This document shows positions 1 through 6,789 of a DNA stretch of 24,000 nucleotides, one piece after another. Origin of the DNA: Candidatus Woesearchaeota archaeon (GTDB taxonomy: Archaea; Nanobdellota; Nanobdellia; Pacearchaeales; GW2011-AR1); the NCBI GenBank assembly GCA_964554415.1, contig CAZKON010000004.1:1-24000 (forward strand). The letters are read 5' to 3'. The notes beneath the pieces are model-generated. The model worked only from the letters and a program-made list of their open reading frames with translations, was not told where the DNA came from and ran no database searches. Made by a program: the position numbers and the translations under genes. Every line of letters starts with the position of its first letter. The stretch's first letter is position 1.

Positions 1-215
1 CGTCAAGAACTTTCAGTTCTTGAGCGCTGTTGAGAATCAGGTGATTCTCAAAGTCTCCGGCGGTGTCAAGAATCCCAGACTAAAGTTTGGGGCGTGTCAG
101 GTGTTCTTGAGCACTTTCGAGAATCCCAGAAAACGAGAGGATTCTCGAAGTCACAAAACCACAACAAGCCTCGGCTTTCAAGCCGAGGTTAAAAACCCGA
201 AGGGTTTTGTGACAT
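1..215. repeat. Hairpin-cluster element, copy A (left side cut by window edge)
   Basis: Stems read directly: 3-10/16-23 (TCAAGAAC/GTTCTTGA); 31-38/43-50 (TGAGAATC/GATTCTCA); outer 66-72/104-110 enclosing 74-80/85-91 (loop TAAA); 117-126/139-148 (10 bp); 169-175/182-188; 192-198/202-208 (loop GAA). Positions 66-126 align base for base with 17229-17288. The 70-aa ORF 20..232 is read-through of this element. Confidence 0.75.
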
Positions 216-232
216 TTCCTGAAGAATCATGA

Positions 233-1351
233 TCACTCAATCTGGAACCTTAAAATCGCGCCAACACCCTTTGTGAGATTTAAAAACTGCTGTCCCTCTT
301 GGTTTTCTGTTGAGATGAAGAACACGCTTGAGCCGATACGTTCTGCTTCCTGCTCAAGCTCTTGCATCTCTTTTTTTGGGAGTTCCTTTGAGATTAAAAG
401 AATATCCACTGCTCCTCTTTCCAGCGCAAGACGTGTTTTTTCCAAGCCATAAGCCGCCTTATCTCTGTTTTTTCCCAGAGCCTCAAAAAACTTCTGAATA
501 ATCTTTCTTTCTCTGATGAATTCCTGTTGTTCTATGTCTTCATGTGAAGCTTCTACTAGTAGTTTAAGCCCGTGTTCGTCAACATAGCCTATGTCTTTAA
601 CTGCAATGACTTTTTCTTTTAGCTTTGTTACAAGTTCGCTTTGTTCCAAAAACTCCTCTTTTGTTGGGATTGGGCCGCCGACAAGAATACCTTTAAGTTT
701 CGGCATGTCAAAGAATATCTCTTTCATTGCTTCTGCTACACGTTTGAAGAAGTATTTTGCAAGACCTTCTGTGATGCGATGAAAGCGCTGACTTGATTGG
801 CCACCTGCTCTTACTTTGCCAGGCACTCCTGATGTCATGATACGAATTACTTTGATTTGCTTGCCTTCTAATGCTCCGATAGTTGCCTGCTGACGGTCAA
901 TTGTAAGCAGCCCATAGATTTCTGTGACTTCAAGCATTTCTTTCAGAGGTTCTATGACAAATGCTTTATCGCATCTATATGTACGAATGCGCAGGGCTTT
1001 CGGCGGCTCGTATGCCCAAATCTGAACATCTTGCCCACCTTCTTTTTCAGAAACATTGCCACAAAAGATTGCTAAGCCATTGGTAGGTGTTTGTTTGTAT
1101 TCTTTGAGTTTGCGAATAATTGTTTCCAGCGCTGTGACTACGGAAGTTCTTGTTTGTTTTGATTTAATATTTTCCGCTGTTCCTGCTTCAGATGCAATCT
1201 GACTTGAGACTTGGTGGATATTGGTGCCCGCAGGTATAAGTACAGTCACAAGTTCTGTATGAACACCCCGTATACCTTCAAGTAAAGTCACAAGTTCTTC
1301 AAGTTCCTGTCTCTGTTGAGGTGTCATCTCAGGACTAATAACATTCGCCAT
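233..1351 (-). CDS. prf1: Archaeal peptide chain release factor aRF1
   Basis: 372-aa ORF with the NIKS codon-recognition motif (AENIKSKQTR) and the GGQ motif (RAGGQSSQRF). Three-domain eRF1/aRF1 layout. Confidence 0.95.
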   Translation of the reverse strand: MANVISPEMTPQQRQELEELVTLLEGIRGVHTELVTVLIPAGTNIHQVSSQIASEAGTAENIKSKQTRTSVVTALETIIRKLKEYKQTPTNGLAIFCGNVSEKEGGQDVQIWAYEPPKALRIRTYRCDKAFVIEPLKEMLEVTEIYGLLTIDRQQATIGALEGKQIKVIRIMTSGVPGKVRAGGQSSQRFHRITEGLAKYFFKRVAEAMKEIFFDMPKLKGILVGGPIPTKEEFLEQSELVTKLKEKVIAVKDIGYVDEHGLKLLVEASHEDIEQQEFIRERKIIQKFFEALGKNRDKAAYGLEKTRLALERGAVDILLISKELPKKEMQELEQEAERIGSSVFFISTENQEGQQFLNLTKGVGAILRFQIE

Positions 1352-1375
1352 GCTGAGAAATCTATGAAAAGAGGG

Positions 1376-1385
1376 TTAATAAAAG
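1376..1385 (-). promoter_or_regulatory. TATA-like box for aRF1
   Basis: Minus-sense CTTTTATTAA centred about 29 nt upstream of the ATG at 1351. The spacing implies a leaderless or very short-leader mRNA. Confidence 0.45.
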
Positions 1386-1392
1386 TAGAGGT

Positions 1393-2016
1393 TTAATGCC
1401 TGATGACGAACTGCTCAAGCTCCGAGCCTCTATGAATTGTCCATGGCCAAAAGAAACATTTAAACATAAATTGAGGAGAAAATGGCTCGCCTTCAGAGCT
1501 TAATGTAATGGTCAATTGCTCTTTTGCATCTATACATGTCAATGCTTGTTCTGCTTCAGCATAATCAATCGTTCCATTGTTGTCTTTATCAGCAAGCGTA
1601 CGAATAAATTCGTTTCTTTCTCTTTCATAGTCCAACCTTTCTTCTCTTGATTCCGCTACATCTCTTCTTACGTACACTTCAGCAGAAGCATCAATATATT
1701 TTTGAACATTTTTAGGATTCTTTTCATTGCTTAATGAATCTCGAATAAAGAAAACTCTTCGTTTCTCGTTCCAAGATTTTCCGAAATAATCGGAAAAAAG
1801 ATTTTCAGCGCTTTTGTTCTGTTCGCGGTATACTGATGCGATTTCTTGCGCATTGAGGCTCCCGTTTTTATTCGTATCGGCAATTCTCCGCGCCCCTGCT
1901 TGCATTTTCTGTGTAATATACGCGTGATAAGCCTGACCTCCTATTAAATTGAGACTCCACAGGAGGGCAGCTAAATAGCGGGGATGCAGATAGCGCCTGA
2001 GTGTGTTGGGTTTCAT
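1393..2016 (-). CDS. EF-hand calcium-binding protein with N-terminal hydrophobic segment
   Basis: Two canonical 12-residue EF-hand loops: DTNKNGSLNAQE and DKDNNGTIDYAE (D1, D/N3, N5, G6, I/L8, E12). Hydrophobic segment YLAALLWSLNLIGG near the N-terminus. Confidence 0.7.
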   Translation of the reverse strand: MKPNTLRRYLHPRYLAALLWSLNLIGGQAYHAYITQKMQAGARRIADTNKNGSLNAQEIASVYREQNKSAENLFSDYFGKSWNEKRRVFFIRDSLSNEKNPKNVQKYIDASAEVYVRRDVAESREERLDYERERNEFIRTLADKDNNGTIDYAEAEQALTCIDAKEQLTITLSSEGEPFSPQFMFKCFFWPWTIHRGSELEQFVIRH

Positions 2017-2017
2017 G

Positions 2018-2236
2018 TTAAAAACTGTAGGAAAAAGTTACGCCTCCATACAATTTATTTTCAAAATCAGAATCCAATGAGCGCTGGTAATTGAGGCGCG
2101 GAGCGATGCCGAACGGCAGCAGCCTTTTTGTTTCTGTCACTGGAACGTCTGTGCTCTGCGCGCGTGTTGCTAAATTCGCGCATGGTAAGATTGATGAGAG
2201 CAGTACAGTTTTCATGTGGTTCCTTGTAGTCATCAT
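2018..2236 (-). CDS. Small hypothetical protein, possible signal peptide
   Basis: 72-aa ORF. Its stop is separated by 1 nt from the start of the EF-hand gene (TAA C ATG), suggesting an operon. Hydrophobic N-terminus MKTVLLSSILPCANLA. No recognisable family. Confidence 0.4.
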   Translation of the reverse strand: MMTTRNHMKTVLLSSILPCANLATRAQSTDVPVTETKRLLPFGIAPRLNYQRSLDSDFENKLYGGVTFSYSF

Positions 2237-2330
2237 AGAGTAACGCTGAAAAAAGCCTATTTAATACTTATTACTCCTGTACAGGATATATAAAAGAAAG
2301 AATTAAATACCTGTCAGAACATTCAGAAGG

Positions 2331-3074
2331 ATGCATACGACATGGCACGAGTTGCTACGCTTCGGGCTTACTGAAGGGGAAGCGAAAGTGTATGTGGCGC
2401 TACTCAGCACAGGCTCTTCAACTGTCGGACCAATTGTGAAAGAATCGGGTGTTGCCTACTCAAATGTGTACGGCATTCTGCAGCGTCTCATTGAGAAAGG
2501 CATTGTGAGCTTTATTATAAAGAACAAGACAAAATATTTTCAAGCAGTCACGCCTTCGAACTTGTATGTTTATCTGGAAAAAAAGGAACGCGAGATCGCG
2601 CAGCAAAAAACACAATTAAAAATCCTGATTCCGCAGCTTGTGAAGCTGCAGGACATACAGCCATCGCAGGCAGCAGAAGTGTATCTCGGTATTGTAGGCC
2701 TGCACACTGCATACGAGCGCCTGCTTGCCAATACTACAAAGAACAATGAAGACTGCTTTTTTTATATCCATGAGAAAGAATATGGAGAGACAGCAGATAC
2801 GTTTTATCTGAACATTCAGGGATTGTTGAAGCAGGTAAATCTGCGTGGTATCGCCAATGCAGAAGCGCGGGATTCTGACTTTTTCAAGAAAGTGAAATTT
2901 GGGAAATTTCGATATGCGAAATTTCCAATTCCGGGGAACATTGAGGTATGCAAAGAGCGTGTGCTTGTTGTCTCGTGGGAAAAGCCCATCATTGCCGTGC
3001 TTATCTACTCGGCGAGCATTGCCAATAATTTTCAGAGGTATTTTGAAGAAGCATGGAAGAATGCGCGGGCGTAG
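2331..3074 (+). CDS. TrmB-family transcriptional regulator
   Basis: N-terminal winged HTH typical of TrmB (LTEGEAKVYVALLSTGSSTVGPIVKESGVAYSNVYGILQRLIEKGIV), followed by a coiled segment and a C-terminal effector-like domain. Confidence 0.8.
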   Translation: MHTTWHELLRFGLTEGEAKVYVALLSTGSSTVGPIVKESGVAYSNVYGILQRLIEKGIVSFIIKNKTKYFQAVTPSNLYVYLEKKEREIAQQKTQLKILIPQLVKLQDIQPSQAAEVYLGIVGLHTAYERLLANTTKNNEDCFFYIHEKEYGETADTFYLNIQGLLKQVNLRGIANAEARDSDFFKKVKFGKFRYAKFPIPGNIEVCKERVLVVSWEKPIIAVLIYSASIANNFQRYFEEAWKNARA

Positions 3075-3455
3075 TTAGAGAATAAGGGTATTAGAAAACT
3101 GTTTAAAATGAGGATCTCCTGTAATAATCTGGGCATTTATTTTCCTTGAAGCAATAACGATACATGCATCTGCTAAACCGAATGTGGGGATTTTCTTTCG
3201 CGTTTCAGCATGCAAGATTCCTGCCTCTTTCGCCATGCGAGGAGTCATTTCAATTATCTTAGCATTTTTAATCATTGCATCGTACGCTATTTGGACATTT
3301 CCTTTTTTTCTTTTTACCTTGCTTACAACTTCTGCCAGCGTTGTACTAATTATAAAAATCTCGTTATCTGCCGTAAGAAAAGAGTTTACTTTCTCTCCTT
3401 CCTTGCCTCCTTCAAGATATTCAATCCAAGCATATGCATCAATATAATATCTCAT
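3075..3455 (-). CDS. vapC: PIN-domain ribonuclease toxin VapC
   Basis: 126 aa with PIN acidic residues in the expected order (YIDAY, LAEV, LADA, TGDPHF). Overlaps the upstream antitoxin gene by 4 nt (ATGA). Confidence 0.85.
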   Translation of the reverse strand: MRYYIDAYAWIEYLEGGKEGEKVNSFLTADNEIFIISTTLAEVVSKVKRKKGNVQIAYDAMIKNAKIIEMTPRMAKEAGILHAETRKKIPTFGLADACIVIASRKINAQIITGDPHFKQFSNTLIL

Positions 3456-3679
3456 TCGTCCAGTTGACCCTTGAATTTGTCCTCTTTTGTAAATTTTCCA
3501 ATGCCTTTTAATGCACCAAAGTAACTTTTTCTGCGCTTTTTTACCTTTATCTCAATCACTTCATCTTCCTGAAGACTTTCTGCTTTTACGAGCGGGGCAG
3601 GCAGTGTCACTACAAACGAGCCACCTATTCTGCGAACTGTCGCAAGAGTCGTTGTTTCTCCTTCAGTATTATATTCCAT
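3452..3679 (-). CDS. vapB: AbrB/SpoVT-type antitoxin VapB
   Basis: 75 aa with a swapped-hairpin-like segment (GGSFVVTLPAPLVKAESLQEDEVIEIKV). Translationally coupled to vapC. Confidence 0.75.
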   Translation of the reverse strand: MEYNTEGETTTLATVRRIGGSFVVTLPAPLVKAESLQEDEVIEIKVKKRRKSYFGALKGIGKFTKEDKFKGQLDE

Positions 3680-3688
3680 GTTATATTT

Positions 3689-3709
3689 TATATAATACGA
3701 TATTATATA
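3689..3709. promoter_or_regulatory. AT-rich inverted repeat overlapping the TATA region upstream of vapB
   Basis: TATATAATA-CGA-TATTATATA: 9-bp arms are exact reverse complements, located 10-30 nt upstream of the vapB ATG (3679). Candidate promoter plus autoregulatory operator. Confidence 0.35.
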
Positions 3710-3786
3710 AATCTTTCGATGGATTTTGCTTTCCGAATAGTGCCTGAAAAGTAAGACTTATCGGACAAAGCTACTCAAACCAGAGC

Positions 3787-3796
3787 ATTTAAATAG
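3787..3796 (+). promoter_or_regulatory. TATA-like box for the nucleotidyltransferase gene
   Basis: ATTTAAATAG centred about 26 nt upstream of the ATG at 3817. Confidence 0.5.
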
Positions 3797-3816
3797 AGTA
3801 TATACTCGTCTATACC

Positions 3817-4791
3817 ATGAAACTCATTAAGCAGGTTGTGGAAATCGGGAACGGCGCGGCAGTGTATGTGCCTAAAGAGTACCTTGGCCAGGTAGTGGCG
3901 CTTATTCTTCCTGAAGGAACTCGAGAAATCCAGCAACGCATTCTTACAGCTCTTGTGAGATATATGCCCAACATTCTTGGGGTATATCTGTACGGAAGCT
4001 ACGCGCGGGATGAGCAGCAGCCAGATTCAGATATTGATATTCTTGTCGTCACTAAAGAGAGAGATGCAACACTTAAAAGGCATCTGAATGATATCGACGC
4101 AAGAGTCCTTCCACTTGATGCAATCAGGAAAGCAATAAGAGAGCATCCTTTATTTATTGTGCCAGTCATTCGGGAAGCAAAAGTGTTATTAAATCCTGCT
4201 CTCTTGGAAGAGTTGCGCACTCTTCCATTCAATCGTGCACAATTTCAATGGCCCCTCAAAGAAGTCGAACGGACGGTAAAGATTATAGAGACTTTTCTTG
4301 CTTTGGATAGCGATACTGCACCCATTGCCCCCACACACCTGTATTCACTCATTCTGAGAATACGCGTCTGCTTCCTGATTGAATGCCTTTTACATAACAA
4401 GGCGTATACTCATAAACGCCTTAAGGAAAATCTGATGAAGCAGGGATTCAGGAGCGAAGCGATTGAGCGTTGGTTTTCAATCTATCGTGCAGTCAGAGAC
4501 AATGAAGAGCCGCGCATGCACATCAAAAAAACGATGCGCCCTCCGCACCTTAAAACCTCGAGAACTGCTGTTCTCGACGGCCGTCAAAAACCGAAGGTTT
4601 TTGAGGGGTGCGGTTTGGGGAGGCGCTCGTTTTTTGGATGCTCGGGGAGCAACTCCACCTTAAAAGGTGGAGTTTTCTGGAGGCTCCCCGACATAACAAA
4701 AGATGAGGTCTTAACTCTTATTTTATTTCTTAAGGCTTCGATAAAAAAACTCAGACATGAAACGAAAAAAACGGCTGGAAAAGGGTATTGA
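3817..4791 (+). CDS. Nucleotidyltransferase-domain (MNT-like) protein with AbrB/SpoVT-like N-terminus, interrupted in frame by a hairpin element
   Basis: Minimal NTase signature LGVYLYGSYARDEQQPDSDIDILVV (G-S ... D-x-D). The N-terminal MKLIKQVVEIGNGAAVYVPKEYLGQVV resembles an AbrB-type swapped hairpin. The helical C-terminal half is interrupted at about aa 241-291 by structured DNA. Confidence 0.75.
   Translation: MKLIKQVVEIGNGAAVYVPKEYLGQVVALILPEGTREIQQRILTALVRYMPNILGVYLYGSYARDEQQPDSDIDILVVTKERDATLKRHLNDIDARVLPLDAIRKAIREHPLFIVPVIREAKVLLNPALLEELRTLPFNRAQFQWPLKEVERTVKIIETFLALDSDTAPIAPTHLYSLILRIRVCFLIECLLHNKAYTHKRLKENLMKQGFRSEAIERWFSIYRAVRDNEEPRMHIKKTMRPPHLKTSRTAVLDGRQKPKVFEGCGLGRRSFFGCSGSNSTLKGGVFWRLPDITKDEVLTLILFLKASIKKLRHETKKTAGKGY
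4536..4691. repeat. Hairpin-cluster element, copy B, inside a CDS
   Basis: Helices 4536-4540/4622-4626 and 4543-4549/4607-4613 enclose hairpins 4558-4565/4570-4577 (loop TGCT) and 4584-4592/4596-4604 (loop GAA). Helix 4642-4650/4683-4691 encloses 4653-4659/4666-4672 (loop TTAAAA). Locally GC-rich relative to its surroundings. Confidence 0.7.
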
Positions 4792-4942
4792 ATCACTTGA
4801 AACGCAAATAGCGATTCATAAAGAAAAGCTAAAAGAGGCAGTTGAAGAAGGGGATGAAGATTTAATACGCTATTACGAGAAGGACATTGAACACTTTGAA
4901 CAGGAGAAGAAGAAAAAAGAAGGGTATTGGGAAAGTGAGTGA
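4757..4942 (+). CDS. Small charged coiled-coil protein (hypothetical)
   Basis: 61-aa ORF, Lys/Glu-rich with heptad-like pattern (LETQIAIHKEKLKEAVEEGDEDLIRYYEKDIEHFEQEKKKK). Overlaps the 3' end of the preceding ORF. No family recognised. Confidence 0.4.
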   Translation: MKRKKRLEKGIESLETQIAIHKEKLKEAVEEGDEDLIRYYEKDIEHFEQEKKKKEGYWESE

Positions 4943-4946
4943 TTTG

Positions 4947-5915
4947 TTAATCGAACACCATTTTCTCAGAAGGAAAGATATGATCTTCTTTCATGATGGC
5001 AGTCTCTACTTTTTGAATGCTTTTAGAAAACTCTTCAGTCAATGCGGAGATAATTTTGGTATATTCTACAAAACTCTTGCACATGATTTCCAATTCAATG
5101 TCCCAGGGAGAGATTTGTTTGAGCATGAAGAGGATGTTGTGGTGATGTAGCACATAGTTCATAAGACGATCAAGTTCTTGCTTGCTTAGATTTCTAAAAT
5201 AAAGAAACGTCTTGTAAAATTCATAGCCTAACTTTTGATAATTGAGGATGGCGGAGTATTTGACGATGACTTTTTGTTCTTCAAGACGGCGCATTCTTGT
5301 TCTCACAATGTCAACAGTTGTATTATTGTCGTGCGCAATTGCCGCGATATTCTCGCGGCTGTTCTTAAAAAGAGATTTGAGAACTTTGATGCTCATTGTA
5401 TCGAGTTTGATATTGGAGGGCCTGTCAAACATGGTGAGCCACTCGGTTTTTGCATGATGCAGGAACGTTTTATCGTGTGTATGCACACTCACGACGGTTG
5501 CGGTCGTGCTTTCATGGATGACTTCCTTAAACCGAGTAAATAATTCGTTTTTCAAGTCAAAAAATTCTTGTGTGTCTTTCACGAAAAATGTCGCGCCAAT
5601 GTTCCATGCACCTTCTGCCACTCCGAGCCAAAAGAGATGCTTATCTTTTTTGAGATATTCGAGGAGTTGTTTTTTCTTTATAGGAACATTTGCCAGTTTC
5701 AAATAAATTTTTGCTGTTTGGTAGCCGAGTTTTGTCGGGTCAAGCCAGGTGGTGAAGCCGAGAATGATTTCTTCTTCAAGCATACGTTTGATACGATAAC
5801 GCGCCGCTTCTTTGCTTTTGCCGATGAGTTTTGCTAAGCGCGTTTCTGGAATGCGCGCGTTTTTGTCGAGCTCGAAGAGGATGTGTTTGTCTATCTCGTC
5901 TATATTGTAAGGCAT
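4947..5915 (-). CDS. Tandem-duplicated Lrp/AsnC-family transcriptional regulator
   Basis: Two HTH_AsnC-like modules: IDKHILFELDKNARIPETRLAKLIGKSKEAARYRIKRMLEEEII and SIKVLKSLFKNSRENIAAIAHDNNTTVDIVRTRMRRLEEQKVI. Each is followed by a ...KLGY... segment and a RAM-like domain. Confidence 0.8.
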   Translation of the reverse strand: MPYNIDEIDKHILFELDKNARIPETRLAKLIGKSKEAARYRIKRMLEEEIILGFTTWLDPTKLGYQTAKIYLKLANVPIKKKQLLEYLKKDKHLFWLGVAEGAWNIGATFFVKDTQEFFDLKNELFTRFKEVIHESTTATVVSVHTHDKTFLHHAKTEWLTMFDRPSNIKLDTMSIKVLKSLFKNSRENIAAIAHDNNTTVDIVRTRMRRLEEQKVIVKYSAILNYQKLGYEFYKTFLYFRNLSKQELDRLMNYVLHHHNILFMLKQISPWDIELEIMCKSFVEYTKIISALTEEFSKSIQKVETAIMKEDHIFPSEKMVFD

Positions 5916-5936
5916 TTTAGTAAATAATTGTCTTTC

Positions 5937-5946
5937 TTTATAAATA
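5937..5946 (-). promoter_or_regulatory. TATA-like box for the tandem-Lrp gene
   Basis: TTTATAAATA centred about 26 nt upstream of the ATG at 5915. Confidence 0.5.
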
Positions 5947-5993
5947 TTTCCATTTATTTACTAAAAAATAGGAGAAAGTTTGATATAGGGAAT

Positions 5994-6416
5994 ATGACGT
6001 GGAAAATCATGGAACAGAAAAATATTCGCCTTGGAGAACACTTTACACTCGTTGTAGACAATCGTAACACTCCTCTTGCATTCAGCGATGAAAGACCCTA
6101 TCGATACGGGTTACATCCTCAAGAGCAGCAAGCCAATTATTGGACATATCCCGTAACTCGTCTTGAAGTAGATTCTCTATTAAGAACCGTGAGTGAGTTC
6201 ATATCAGTAGGCAAGCCTTTAAGTGACACGACCATTAAAGCTCTAGAAAACCGCGTCCTTTCTACAGATGAATATTATACTACTTTTCAGGAACAAGTAA
6301 AAAGAACTTCTGAATTATATGCTGCGGGTAAATGCACGCATAAAACAGCAAATGAAGAAATTGAGCAACTTGCACAAAAATTCAGAAACCATTTAAATGA
6401 GGCAATATCAATATGA
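5994..6416 (+). CDS. Hypothetical protein
   Basis: The track ORF starts at TTG 5928, inside the divergent promoter, so the first ATG (5994) is preferred. No recognisable motif. Stop overlaps the next start (ATGA at 6413-6416). Confidence 0.55.
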   Translation: MTWKIMEQKNIRLGEHFTLVVDNRNTPLAFSDERPYRYGLHPQEQQANYWTYPVTRLEVDSLLRTVSEFISVGKPLSDTTIKALENRVLSTDEYYTTFQEQVKRTSELYAAGKCTHKTANEEIEQLAQKFRNHLNEAISI

Positions 6417-6742
6417 TTCCTAAACACACACTTCGTCTAAAACAAGAACAGCTAGACGTACAAACAATAGAACTTGCTCTCTTCAAGGAACTAGAAGGCA
6501 AAATCGTAGACTATGCCTATGCGCCCGATAGTAGAAATTCTTATGACTATCATGGCATCATGGGCAGAATTGGCGAGCATCATATCGAAATCCTCAAGCA
6601 CATGATGCGAGGAACTTACGATAAACGAGAACCTCAAGCAAGAGTTATTATCAATAAGACAAATATTTCCTCGCTTTCCGAATCAAATGTAAGTGTAGAA
6701 GAATATCTTAGAAGATACGTGGCTGCTGAAATAATTCGCTAA
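6413..6742 (+). CDS. Hypothetical protein
   Basis: 109-aa ORF translationally coupled to the upstream gene. No recognisable motif. Confidence 0.55.
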   Translation: MIPKHTLRLKQEQLDVQTIELALFKELEGKIVDYAYAPDSRNSYDYHGIMGRIGEHHIEILKHMMRGTYDKREPQARVIINKTNISSLSESNVSVEEYLRRYVAAEIIR

Positions 6743-6789
6743 GAATTGCACAAATTCTACGGTCAGATTTCTTTCACACATACATCTTC

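Noticed and set aside
20-232. 70-aa + strand ORF from the supplied track
   Set aside because: It lies entirely within hairpin-cluster copy A. The peptide is the translation of consecutive palindromes, with no family signal or promoter spacing. It is treated as non-coding.
2018-2236. C-terminal ...YGGVTFSYSF resembling a bacterial outer-membrane beta-barrel signature
   Set aside because: The protein is only 72 aa and the genomic context is clearly archaeal. A terminal aromatic residue alone is not evidence.
4536-4691. Archaeal bulge-helix-bulge intron within the nucleotidyltransferase mRNA
   Set aside because: I could not draw a canonical 3-4-3 BHB motif at the proposed boundaries. It is kept only as a minor alternative within the in-frame insertion finding.
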